A DNA stretch of 63,840 nt, filler included. It is 14 parts of 14 records of this genome, joined end to end, with 100 filler letters (N's around TTAATTAATTAA, not from the genome) between each part and the next. Parts side by side here need not be neighbours in the genome. Positions count along the whole stretch, not along the records: positions 30,306 to 37,890 come from SRR7504441_13374; positions 37,991 to 41,789 come from SRR7504441_13375; positions 41,890 to 45,769 come from SRR7504441_13377; 11 more parts are not named here. The stretch is one strand, 5' to 3'. Below the pieces are notes generated by a model, which searched no databases, was not told where the DNA came from, and saw only the letters and a list, made by a program, of their open reading frames with translations. Positions 30,760 through 42,457 of the stretch are shown here, in pieces (position 1 is the stretch's first letter; the number at the start of each line of letters is the position of its first letter). A program made the position numbers and the translations under genes.

Positions 30760-31450
30760 ATGGGGGGGTGCTGCTCGGCCACCTCGGCGTGCGCGGTGTG
30801 CTTCTGCGGGATCTGTTTCCAGATCTTCGGCTGCGGGCTGCTCGCGTACGACCTCTACTATTTCATCGGAGTGGATGTCAACAACCTGGCCTGGTGTCTG
30901 TTTGGGCTGGCCATTGCCAACATCCTGGTGCGCCGTCCGAGCCACGCGGTTGATTTGGCGACAGGCCGGGATTTTGGCTTTCATGTTCGCCTCGTTCGGC
31001 TACTCGCGCTGCCTGATGCTGACGGTCAAGCCCGGCCCACTGGGCGCCCGGCTCAACCGGTCGGGCAGTACATCTTGGCGCTGGTGCTCCTAATGTTCGC
31101 GGAGGGGGTCGGGGGCGTCTGGCTCAAAGTGGACGAGGACGGCGCCAAGGTCCGCCGGCCGGGCCCGGCTCAACTGAGCGGCGTCCAGGATTGGCTGACC
31201 AGCGACTGTGAGGCGGACGATAGCTGCTCGCACCACATGAGAAGCGCAGAGCAGGTCGGGCCGCCCAGCCGACGCGGGTGACCGCTGTCTCCAGGGCTTT
31301 GATAAGCACCAGGACGCATTCTTTTTCGTGCTTGTTTTCCTGATTGGCTTCAAGCTGGTCGCATGCCTGCTAGCTATCTGCCACAACTCACTTACGCGTG
31401 AGAAGAGCGGCGCAACGCAGATCTCTTATCACCGGGTAGACAATTGCTAG
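30760..31450 (+). CDS. Small four-TM tetraspanin-like protein, multi-intron
   Basis: The spliced model has 4 hydrophobic helices, Cys in the loop between TM3 and TM4 (DCEADDSC) and an N-terminal MGGCC acylation motif; stop at 31448-31450. Confidence 0.6.
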
Positions 31451-31569
31451 CCAACTGGCTGGCAATCCACCTTATAGCTAGCTGATCTACCATTCGGATG
31501 ACCACCATTTGCTGAGTCACGAACTCTTTCCGTGGGCCATGAAAGTGCTTTATATGATAAATGATTAGA

Positions 31570-32961
31570 TATGAAATTCCAATAGATGGTAGTCGTGGGT
31601 AGAGCAGCCCGTGTTCATCTGTTTTTACATTCCAACATTGGTGCTCCTCCTAACGACAGACGACTGGACGGCCTTGGTTTTACAAACTTTGCCTGTGTCT
31701 GAAGATGGCCATCTCCGAATCCGGCGCCAACCCATCCTCACTCTGCGGTCTATTGCTTGCCTCCCGCGGGCATCGACTTCCGCCTTGGCCGCCTGCAAGA
31801 GCTCAGCTCACAAGCCGCCTGACTGCCAACACACCGCGTCTTGAGCTCGGAACATGTTGAGAGTGGCTCGCTCCTTGAGCTTTGATTGAAGTTCCAGAAG
31901 CCCGCTGTCTAGCGACGACCATCCCTTGAGCTGACACAGTCTGAACCCTGTATCAGACCAGCGTAGACTGTGGCTCGCACCGCTGTCCAAACAAATCTGT
32001 CCATGTCTTGTGTTCGTACTGCCCTGGCACTACCTTGTGCCCACCTTTCCAGGACAGTCAGCGTCAAATGAATATCGTGAGTGGCTACCTGCAGCTTGTT
32101 TTACGCCTTTCTCCCCCGCTGCTACATGCCCCAGTCGCCTGACGCCAAATTACTGTCAAATACTCATACAAAGACCACACCGTGCAAAGACGTTGTGTTT
32201 AACTCGGCTCGGAGAGCGTGCCATCAGCGCCCCGGGTCGGCTAGAATGGGTTTTGGGCCGAGCTATCTCGCTGTGCTGCAGCTGAGCTATCCCAGTCTCT
32301 GTCCGAGCCTCAAATCCCGCACTAGCAGCAGCGGTGCCTGTTGCGGCACCAGTGTCTCCTGACTTGACAAAGCACCGCGAGCCGGGCACCGAGAATGGCC
32401 GTCGGGCGGCATCGTCTGTGGCAAATGCCCCCGCCCGAGAGCCGGAGCCGCAGCGCTGGCCGGGCTCGGGGTCGTATCGGCCTGGTCCGCGCCACTCAGC
32501 CTCGCTAACCTTTTTGCCGATCGCTTCACACAGGGCCGAGGGCATTCTGAGCGCGCGGACGGTGTCCGACTCATTGATGGGTTCCACCAGTCCCTGCGGG
32601 GGCATGTGGCTGCTCCGGCCGGAATCGAACCCACTCCTGCTGGGCTCATACATTCCTGCGGCCGGGTGAGACAGGGGCTGGCCGTCCGTTCACCGGGCGA
32701 TCGCGAGCCGCCCTGCCAGCGCTCCACGCGGGTTGGGTCGCGGGACACTTGGATCAGCGTGCCCGGCATGCACAGCCGCGGGTGCTGCCCTTCTAGACTG
32801 AACCGGGGCACCGCGCTGAATCGCAGGCCGCCCGGAGCCGACTTGGACGGTCGGGGCGGTTCGGCGGACTGGGCCTGTCGCTCAGCCGACCGGGCGAGCG
32901 CCCGCTGGTGCCGCAGCAGCCCAGCCCGCGGGATGGACGAGGTGGGCCGGCCTCCTTCCAT
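31570..32961 (-). CDS. Probable axonemal STPG/ODF3 (SHIPPO-repeat-like) protein, multi-intron; 3' end approximate
   Basis: FSAVPRF and GPGRYDP motifs in exons separated by short introns. Confidence 0.4.
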
Positions 32962-33098
32962 CCGCAAGGTGCTCCCGGGCACCCCGTTTTTGTCCTGGCT
33001 CCGGCCCCGGGTGAAAAAGAAAATCGAACAGCTGCAGCTCTCCCGCTGTGCACTCGACAGCCGGAGCCGCGGTCTGGGCCGCCCCGGAGCTCGTCGCC

Positions 33099-35659
33099 AT
33101 GGAAGAGATGCTGCTGGACCGGGCGCGGGCGTCGGGCTCGGGGCCGGACTGCCCAGTCCGCCCCGAGATGTACGAGCTGGTCGAGCAGCCGGCCGGCCGG
33201 GCGGCGCTGCTCGGTGCGCTGCGGAGGCCGGAGTACTCGTGGCTAATCGAGCAGTGCCTGATCAGGCTCGGCCCGCTCTCCCCGGCAGAGATGGCCGGTG
33301 CAGCCGCGGAGGCCGCCGCGTGGTACATCCCAGGGCTGCTCGCGGCGGCTGGCCAGGCCGACCGGTCGCTGCTCAGGCTGCTGCTCGGCCGGAGCGAACC
33401 AGCGGTCGGATGCTGGCTGAAGCTGGCCAGCCGAGGCTCATCGGCCGGCCAGACCTGGGCCCAGATCCAGCTGCGGGTTTGGAGCCGCGGGGGCGCCGAT
33501 ATGCTGCTCGGGTCGCCGCCGGAGCTGGAGCGTGGCTGGCTGCTTGTCGAGCTGGCCGCGCGCTGGGCGAGCGACCCGGGCTGCAACCGGGGCCAGGCCA
33601 GCCGGGTGACCGAGGCTCTGGCCGATTGGATCAGCAGTTGCCCGGGCAGGCCGGAGTTGGGCGGGCTGGTCCAGCGGGCGATTGGGCTGCTCTCGGCTGT
33701 GAGCTCTCGCTCGGGCGGCAAGCGGCGGCGGGCTAGCCAGCCTGCTCCCGGCTCAGGGCTGCTCCTCCGACTGGCGCTCAAAGACAAGTCCCGGGCGGCC
33801 GAGTACGCCGAGCGGCTGCAGGCGATCGGCGACAGCAGCGGGTTGGCCGATGGGCTTGTGGCACACCCGGAGGCGATCCCGAGCTGTGCTGCGCTGCCGC
33901 AGCTGCACGGGGCGGCGCTCGGGGCGATCGGCCGACTAGCTGATGACGGGCACCGATGCGACCTGGTCTGGATCTGGGTGCGCTTCCTTGTCAGGCTGCC
34001 GTCCGGGGATGCCAGTTCGCTCCCACGGGGCTGGGCACAGCTGATCGAGGCCGAGGCAGGCAGGAGCGACCTGACCGTGCTGCTCCGGGCAGTTGCCGGG
34101 CTCAAGCAGCCGGCGCACACAGCCGACACGCTGCCCGACTGGGCCGAGGCGCACATGCCCTCGCTGCTCCGCTACTCGCCACAGCTGGCTGCCAGCTGCA
34201 CCTCACTCCAGCAGCGGAGGTGGGCTCTAGAAGCGCTCTGCTCCCATCCGCACCAAGCAGCCGAGGCGCTCGTCCGGTCACTGAGCGCCGCGTCGCTAGT
34301 CGCCGCCGGGCCAGCTGTGGCGCTCTTCGCAGAATTGAAGCAGCGCGAGCTGGCTGCGTACTATGCTGCGCAGCTGCAGATCCGGCGGGCAGCCTTGCAG
34401 GCTAAGCTTGCAGGCCCGGGCGCGCTGATTGGATGGCTGGTGGCTGGCGGCGAGTGCACCTGCAGATCCGAGCTGAAGAAGCTGGCCGTGGGCACCTCTA
34501 CTGCAGTGATGGCCCAAATGCTGGCGGCTGTAGTTGCAGCTGCGGATGTGCTTGCACCGGCGGACGCACTGACTCTGGCGTCGGCTGCGGGGCAGGAATG
34601 GATGGCCCGCGAGCCTCGAGCGCTATCGCACCTGCGCGGGATGGCCCCGCACTGGATGGTCCGGCTGCTGACGGCCTTTGCTCAAGGGCAGCACCAGTCT
34701 GGCGGTCTGTTTGCTCGGTGAGTTGTTCAGTCGGCAGCTTGATCGGCTCGGCAGGGTTGTTGACTGCTTGAAAGAAGCCGACCACGAGCAGTACTCTACA
34801 ATCGACCTGATTAGGCTGGCTCTGGTCCAGCACCAAGCTTCAGACTGGCTAGAGGTACTCTACAGTCAGCTAGACCAAGATAGCTCCGGAGCTGAACCCG
34901 CGGTGCGACCGGTTGCAGCATGTGGCTGATGTTGTTTGACAGCTCGAGCTGCTTGTTGGACTCACACTGACAGGCTCTGCCGACCAATTGCAGACTGGGC
35001 TGGCTGGATGTGCTGTAGTGGGAGCCTGGGTGTGCCCAGAGGCCCGGAGCTGGTCGGCTGTCCTGGAGCAAGTGCTCAGCGCTCTCGAGCAATCGAGCAC
35101 CCAGTTTGCTGCAATCAGGTTGACCTTTCCGGCGACCACTCTGAGAATCCGGTGCAGAATCTTAGAGCTGTGGTCTCAGACAATCATACCGATCCCGCGA
35201 TGGCTAATGCAAGCGGTCATGCCTCTAGCTCGTCTGTGTGCTCCGCTGCTGCAATCCAACACGGCCGAGGGTCCTTCTTGGTTGCCCAATGCTCTGCAGG
35301 CTCTCGCAAATCTGATCTCGAACGGCGTATCTGTGCCACTGGTGGTCGAGCCACTATGTGGCCTCGTGCGTGCTGCGCTGCAGCACAATCTACATAACTC
35401 ATGGCAAGTCCTGGTACCAGATATCCTTGCTTTGGCCGGTTCAGCTGTGCATCTGCAGGGTCCTGCAATTGCAGAAGCACTTGAAGAAAATAGCACACTG
35501 ACACATAGTCAGGTGACACGAGGCTTGACGCCATCTAGTGCTCTCTCATGCCTACCTTGGGTGACAGCGCGAGCGGCTTGGATCGTTGCTTTGGATGAGT
35601 ACAATTTCAACTGCATGCACGCATCACGAGTATACATCGGAGATCGAGTACCAGCCTGA
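33099..35659 (+). CDS. Hypothetical alpha-helical (Leu/Ala-rich) protein, multi-exon; 3' end approximate
   Basis: ORFs 33048, 34678 and 34988 are linkable by short introns; no family recognised. Confidence 0.55.
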
Positions 35660-35949
35660 GGCATATAGCAGATTCCACATGCTAGAGCACAACTGTCGTC
35701 ATACCCTCATGTAACGCCATACAAGCTACGTACAATCACATGAACTTCGCACATTTTGATAGCTAGTTTATTACAACGTTAACATTTGTCATAATGAAAT
35801 GTCATTTTATTATAATTTTATTAACAATCTGCTAGTTGTACTCGGTACATGAATTGTGCACGGTGTCGTTAATTTTACACACTCGTACAGACGTGGTAGT
35901 GTACACATTTAAGCGTATCAATTGGTACACTACCACGTAGTGTATCAAA

Positions 35950-37890
35950 TTATGTACAAGTAAAGGTAAGATCTCGTCTCCTTTGAGTGCTCACCATTTT
36001 ACTAAAGTCGCACGGATTGCTGTTGCAGAACACGATTTGGGAATCCACAACATCGAACGTGGCGTATCCACAGATGTGCAGTAACACGAGACTCCAGTCA
36101 TGATCAAAATTGTGGATGAGCTCGAGTCCATGGCCACCCGAATAATCTGCAGTGATGCCCACACCAACGCCGTTCAGAGCCACTCTAGCTCGCTCCAAGA
36201 AATGAGCGTTATTTTCTCCCCCAGTCTGGTCAAGCAGCCTTTGCAACATCAGACCGAGCTCGTCAAATGCAAGACGTTGGATTGCAGCGATGACGAGTTC
36301 AACCTCCAGCCCTTCTTCTTCTAGCTCAGGAGGAGTGACATCAACTCCGCCAGCAGAGTACAGCCGCCGTGCTCCACAGACCCTAATCGCCCGCTCAAGC
36401 CACCGCTGTTGCCGCTGCTCTGGCCTACCGCCCTCCGGTACCGTCTTTTCGTATTCCTCTTTCAATTCATCTTCATGCACAACACGCTTTACCTCGTCGC
36501 TGAGGGAGTCGATTTTTTCCTGGGCTTCTTTGTCGGGAAGGTGGCCGAATTGCCAACCGACAAAGTCGAGGAAGGAATCAACAGTAATGCAGCCGCCGGT
36601 GGTGAGAGTCAGGAGCTTGAGCCTGGAGTGCATCGCCACAGGGGTCAAGTGAGGTGTCCACCTTTCGGCTGCTGTTCCAAAGATGTCCAGTGAGACATGG
36701 GGTCTGTTCCAGCTCTCGAACACCTCCTGTGCATGCAGCTCCAGATCCGGAGGCACAGAATACCAGTGACCAAACCCTGAGGGCTCAGACGCTGGTAAGC
36801 AGCCCCTCCTGGCGAAGCAAATTGCTAGACTGAAACCGTAAGTAAACTCATCATCACTGAAGTCTCGAAAGGTCACATTGCACCAGCTAAAATAGTGGCT
36901 GTATGATAGCTCGACTGCGGTTTCTTGCGAATTTTGGAACTCTGGGAACTGCAGGCCAAGGATTGTCTCAAAAGAGGCGACAATCTCGTGAACAAGGGCC
37001 CCAGTGACATTGCTCAGGCACATAGCCAGGATGTATTGCCCCACTGTACCAGTGACCGGGTTCCTCAACTGACTGAATAAGATGCCTGAGGACAAGAGTT
37101 AGGATCAGGAGACGAGCCCAGCTACCAAGCAATAGCCGGCGCTCCAATTTATCGAGCGGCTCGGTGACGTGCTTTGCCTTCTTCAAGAGCTCCACGGTGA
37201 CCTCATCCGCTAATTCTGGCGTGGCACCCTCCAGCATAGCTTGTATCCAACACCTACAGCACGACGAAAATAAACCCATCCTACGCGGCACCCACCTGAA
37301 TTCTCGTTCTCCAATCATGCTTTTGGTGTAACGTTCGGGTTTGTAGACAGCCATCGCCTGCAGAAACCGCCAGTGCAAAGTTGTGCCTTCAAGATCGTCA
37401 AAGTCGAAACCACCTGCAAGGGTCTGTCAGAAGCATCGTTCTCAGATAGCGCCGACCTATGTGCCCGATCCCGTACTCGTCAATCACAATCCCGCCGCAC
37501 AGCATGTCGAAGTACTGGGCTTTGGCGCCTGGCGCCTCGAAGATGCCCTGGTTCCACTTGACGAGCAGCCTGTATGCAAGACTTCAAAGCAGCCTGTAGC
37601 TTGGGGGGCTGCCTATAGAATGATTTTCTCGAGATATGTGTCTTCGGTCCGCGAGCCGGCAGATCAGCATACGCCTTGAACAGCACATAGGACTGCTGTA
37701 CCCACTGCCCCGCCCACCTTCACATGCGATCCCAAGCTGCGCGCTCACCTGATTGTGGACCAGCGAACCTGCCTTGGCAAATCCGCGAAAATCCTGCAGT
37801 ATTTTGCTGCCCCAGAACATTTATCCGCCAGCTGCCAGTTGGTTTACTTGAATCGGTCTTCTGTCATCTTCTCGAATATGCCACCCAGAC
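35950..37890 (-). CDS. Hypothetical protein, 5'-partial, about 5 short introns then a 380-aa last exon
   Basis: The reading frame is restored by removing roughly 40-nt GT/GC-AG introns; no family recognised. Confidence 0.55.
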
Positions 37891-38116
37891 NNNNNNNNNN
37901 NNNNNNNNNNNNNNNNNNNNNNNNNNNNNNNNNNTTAATTAATTAANNNNNNNNNNNNNNNNNNNNNNNNNNNNNNNNNNNNNNNNNNNNTAAAACTAAA
38001 GCCATTTGGCACATTGTGAACACAAACCGTGCTCACGCTAAGAGCATGAGGAGTAAGCTTGCCATGACCTTGCTTGATCACGGAGTACAAGACCTCGCAA
38101 GTATCTCGATAGTTGA

Positions 38117-39940
38117 TCAAGACAAGAGTCCAACTGCCTCAACAAAGCTGTTGACTGAATGGAGCATCTCCTGCTGATCAAGCGCAGCGCCCTTGCCCAG
38201 CGGCCGAAGCCGCTTCATCAGCGCTGCCAAGGTGACCTGCACCTTGGAGGCATTCTGGTAGGCTGCTGAGTCGTGCACCGCCAGCACTGTCGCGACCCCA
38301 GTAGCCACCAGCTGCTGCAACCGCTGCGTATCTGCGCCGTTCTGTGCCTGGTCCGCCCCCTGTCCCTGCAGCGCCAGCCCGGCCGCCGGCCACAGCTGCG
38401 TCACAATCTTGCTCGCCGCTTGGATGCTCTTCTCCACCAGCAGCTCCGGCGGCGGCAGCATTGCCTCGTTCCCCGGCGCGACCAGCGGGGCGAGCCGCTC
38501 GACCGCCGCAGCCATCGCCTGCTCGGCCTTGTCAACTTCAGCCGTCTTCTTGTCCCGGGCATTCTCGGGCAAACCCGCTATTTCCTGGGACAAGTGTTGG
38601 TACATATCCAGCGCGCTGATCGCTCCGGAGACCGGCTCGTGGCAGTTGGGCGGGATGGTCGGGAGCGGCTGGCCCAGCTCCACCCCGAGCCCGCGGAGAA
38701 GCCGTTGGAGCTGCTCGGCCCTTCCGTTGCACTGCTCGACCCCGGCGCTAGCCCTGCGGGTCCACTTGGCGGGCGGGCCGTACGGGTGCGGCATGATGTT
38801 GCAGTCTTGTATCTTTGCCACCCCCAGCCCGATGTTGTCAAACTGGACGCGGTAGGTGAAGTTGTCCTTGAGCAGAATGCTCCCGAGATACATTTCACCA
38901 GAGTCCGGATGCCGCGCAAGCACCCGCTGCCCGACATTAATCGGCGCCGGGATCTCGTCCAGAAAGAACTCCGGGTTGCTTTTGGTGGCACCCGGCCGAC
39001 CGGCGTGCTGGTTCCGCACTTCTGCCCGGTAGTGCGCCAGCTTGGCCCGTTCTTGGCTGAGATAGCGGCTCGAGAGCCTTCTAGGCCGCCCGAGCCGGCC
39101 GCGGATGTGCGACCACTCTGTGCGCGTGAGCTGGGTGACGTGCCCAATCCCGATGCTGGCGAGCAGCATTTGGAACTCGTTCTGCGCAAAGTAGAGCCGG
39201 TCGACCGCCCCGTAAAACCACTCAAACCCGCTCCACCTCCGGGCTCGTCTGCTGGACAGCGAATGGTGCAGCCGGACAAGCGCTATTTTAGTCTCCTCGT
39301 CGAGCGCATCCGCATTCTGCAGCCAGAGCTCGGCGGCGCCCTTCTTGACGCACGGGGCTGGCGGCTTGGGCTCTTCCTTGCCCTTGAACTTGGTCTTGAG
39401 TTTGATCCTGCCTTGCGTGTGCCCAGGCCCCTCACTCATCACCGCCAGCAAAGAGTCCAGCCCGGTGGTCGCCCCGCTCTTCTTGCTATCCACCGCGGTG
39501 GTGTGCGTCTTGCGCCTCCGGACGTGAACCGGCTCGGCCACCACCGGCTCGGGGAACAACTCACGCTTCCGCTTCCGGCCTTTGTTCTCCTCCAGTTTAG
39601 ACTTGCCTTGCTTGGCCGAGCTGCCAGTCCGACGGGCGCCGCGCTTGGATTTGGAGCCGGACGAGCGGATCCCGGCCGGCAGCGACTCGTCGCTCGAGCC
39701 CTCGCCCTCGGCGGACCGGGCGAACATGTCCTGCACCAGCGCCCGGAACCCGATGGCCGACCGGGCCGATTCCGGCAGGCCGAGGTAGGTCCGGTTGGCC
39801 CGGTACATAGCTTGGACCATCCCCGGGCTGCGCCCGGGCACCCGGGTGGCCACCATGGCCCACTGCTTGCCGAATTTGCAGAAGGCCTTGTAGAAGCGCT
39901 CGGCACTCTCCGGGTCCCAGCATGTGCCCAGTTTCTCCAT
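38117..39940 (-). CDS. LIN9: LIN-9/ALWAYS EARLY DREAM-complex subunit (Myb/SANT + DIRP + Tudor)
   Basis: LGTCWDPESAERFYKAFCKFGKQW...YRANRTYLGLPE (plant ALY-type SANT); RRWSGFEWFYGAVDRLYFAQNEF, LTRTEWSHIRGRLGRPRRLS (DIRP); VGQRVLARHP...YRVQFD. Confidence 0.93.
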   Translation of the reverse strand: MEKLGTCWDPESAERFYKAFCKFGKQWAMVATRVPGRSPGMVQAMYRANRTYLGLPESARSAIGFRALVQDMFARSAEGEGSSDESLPAGIRSSGSKSKRGARRTGSSAKQGKSKLEENKGRKRKRELFPEPVVAEPVHVRRRKTHTTAVDSKKSGATTGLDSLLAVMSEGPGHTQGRIKLKTKFKGKEEPKPPAPCVKKGAAELWLQNADALDEETKIALVRLHHSLSSRRARRWSGFEWFYGAVDRLYFAQNEFQMLLASIGIGHVTQLTRTEWSHIRGRLGRPRRLSSRYLSQERAKLAHYRAEVRNQHAGRPGATKSNPEFFLDEIPAPINVGQRVLARHPDSGEMYLGSILLKDNFTYRVQFDNIGLGVAKIQDCNIMPHPYGPPAKWTRRASAGVEQCNGRAEQLQRLLRGLGVELGQPLPTIPPNCHEPVSGAISALDMYQHLSQEIAGLPENARDKKTAEVDKAEQAMAAAVERLAPLVAPGNEAMLPPPELLVEKSIQAASKIVTQLWPAAGLALQGQGADQAQNGADTQRLQQLVATGVATVLAVHDSAAYQNASKVQVTLAALMKRLRPLGKGAALDQQEMLHSVNSFVEAVGLLS

Positions 39941-40168
39941 CGCCGGCCAGGGCCGGGGTGGTACGGGTGGCCCGGGCTCTGCGGATCGGGCCGGTCCTCC
40001 GGAGAGCGGGCGCGCGAGCCGAGGAGCGCGAGGAGCGACGGGGGGGAACGCGCTTGTGCCTTGGCGGGAGCTTGTTGGCCACCTCGACCGTCTCAACTGA
40101 ATTCGTAGTCGTCAACGGACTTTTAGCGACGGCTTGGATCCGGCTCGGCTTGAGGCAAACGGTTTCTG

Positions 40169-41789
40169 ATGTCGGTCCCGCGGGTGCACATCCCCGCGGC
40201 CTCGGAGCCGGCGGAGCAAACGGACTTCTCGGTGGCCGCCAGCTCGTTGGTCGACCTGTCCCATCTGCAGGAGACGGTGCGCGACCGCCGGTTTGGGGCG
40301 GGGCCGAGGGTGGCTGCAGGTGGTCTGGCTGGTGAATCAGCTGCACAGGCACCAAGACGAGATCTCGATCCTCCAGAATCGGCGGGACGTGGACATTCCG
40401 ACCATCAAGGCCCAGCTGTTCAAGCAGCGGGTCTGGATGGTTGAGAAGAAGTACCAACATCTGGTCGAAAAGATGTCGGTCTACGGTTTTGAGGTGTTTG
40501 CCAAGAACCGGCAAGAGGCTCGGAACGAGCGGAACAAGTGGCGGGTGGCCAACAACAAGGCGTACAAGACCGCGGCCACCAAGGTGATGCGCGCCTGGGA
40601 GGAATTCTGGAACGAGGAGAAGACTTACCGGCACCACGTGCTCTTCAGCCTGCGGAGCATTCGGCACAACCGGCTGACCGCCGCCATGGGCATCTGGCAG
40701 TACGACTGGATGATGGCCAAGCGGGACCGGGCGATCGTTGCCCAGCGGACGCTGCGCGAGGAGCGGCAGCGCAAGATCGATTCGCTCGCAGGGTTCATGC
40801 ATCAGTGGGCTCGGAAGAAACGGCACCGCGCGATGATTCAACGGATGACCGCCCGGCGGGACCAGGCCACCAAGTCCAAGATCGTGGCCGCCTGGAAGTT
40901 CGTTATCGACTTTGAGGTGGCGCTCACCCACAAACTGACCTTCTTCTGGAGCAAAGTGAACCGAGCGCGCAAGATCGACGCGTTCGGGGGATGGTGGGAT
41001 GCCGTGCTCACCTCCCGGAGCCAACGCGGACTGGTGGTCCGGACCCAACGGTACCAACGGTACCGCCGGCTGGCGCAGGCAATGGAGGATTGGGCGGCGA
41101 CCGCGCGGCTGCAACACAAGCTGCGGCTGCTTGAGATCTGTGAGCGGAATGCCGAGGATCCTCTCGAGTTGGCCCAAGCGATGGAGCACGTGATCGAGGG
41201 GGTGGTGCTCCGCCAGAATGTGCGCACCCACGAGCTGCAAGTGGCGCACGCGCTAAGAGGCCGAATCTCAGACCTTCGGCTGCACGCTTCAGTTGCGGCC
41301 CTCGAAGGCGCCTTGGGCAAGAAGGTGGACAAGCCAACCGCCGAGATGATCCAGCGGCGTGGGCTGCGCAACTGGGAGTCTATCACCACGGCGCAGGGCT
41401 CAGGAAAGCCGGCTCCGGCCCAGGATATGCCCAAGGTCTCGCCGGCCGCGTATACCAAGAAGATCAGGCAAGAGCTGATGGCCGCCGCCGGCCAGCCGGC
41501 CCCGATGAACGCGGTGGTGCCGGTGCCCGAGCCCCCGGTCACCACAGAGAACGCCGACGGGTTGCCACAGTCGTCCCATAGGATGTTGCTGGAGCAACAG
41601 TTCCGGTCCGAAGTCGCTAGGCAATCGGCCGCAGGCAGCGTGATGGAAGACCGGTACATGCGCCTGGCCGCGTTCGATGCAGCGCACGGCGGGCAGCCGG
41701 TCGACCCTGCTGGGCTGTCGGCTGCGTCGCATCTGGCTGCTGCCGAGGCGGGGCTTCCGGTGGACAGCCCGAGCGCGCTGGCGAGGGCA
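40169..41789 (+). CDS. Basic helical protein with Sfi1-like Trp repeats (putative centrin-binding), 3'-partial
   Basis: Periodic KVMRAW, AAMGIW, FMHQW, KIVAAW, DAFGGW, QAMEDW; intron 40277-40319. Confidence 0.55.
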
Positions 41790-41889
41790 NNNNNNNNNNN
41801 NNNNNNNNNNNNNNNNNNNNNNNNNNNNNNNNNTTAATTAATTAANNNNNNNNNNNNNNNNNNNNNNNNNNNNNNNNNNNNNNNNNNNN

Positions 41890-42348
41890 CGCACCGGCAG
41901 CCGACCCACTCGCTCCGCACCCCCAGCTCCATCGCCATCCCGACTGTCTGCGCGCTGATACCACAGAACTCCGTCTGGGCTCGGATCTGCCCGTGGCCTC
42001 AGCCCCGGCCGGCCCGGCCGAGGCACGATCGGGATTTTGTGCCCCTCGACCAGCACAGACTCCACTATCACGCTCTGCCCCTCTCCCTGTCAGCGCCGCG
42101 CACACGGAGGGCCCGGCCTATGCCATGCGGCCGGGAGTGGATTCCGAGGGGCAGCGCCGGGCCCGGTGATAAATGGGACCGGGGCCGGGCGCATCGCATA
42201 AGGGGCCGGTCGCCTTTTTCTTGGTGTTTGCCCGGGTCCAAGCGTCGGAGTGGTCGACCTCGAACTGCCAGAGCCCGGCCCACGCGTCCTCGAACCGCTC
42301 GTCCACCAGGGCCCGAAGCCCGGCGTCCTCGGCCGGACTAGCCTCCAT
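41890..42348 (-). CDS. 5' fragment of an unknown multi-intron gene
   Basis: MEASPAEDAGLRALVDERFEDAWAGLWQFEVDH followed by short G-rich introns. Confidence 0.45.
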
Positions 42349-42457
42349 CTATCTGCAAAGAAGTGCCCTTGCGCCGCTCAAATCACAGCCGGCCCTGCCA
42401 TCACAGGAAAAGTTGACCGTCAAATCCGCCGAAAAACAAAATCCTCCGCGCGGAGCG

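Noticed and set aside
35950-37890. Lower-GC gene considered as a possible transposon or viral insert
   Set aside because: No transposase, RT or capsid motifs and no terminal repeats; it has host-type 40-nt introns
38273-41249. Long antisense ORFs (611 aa and 550 aa; likewise 3439-4539, 5694-6773, 8774-9838)
   Set aside because: Shadow ORFs expected opposite high-GC3 genes; no recognisable motifs
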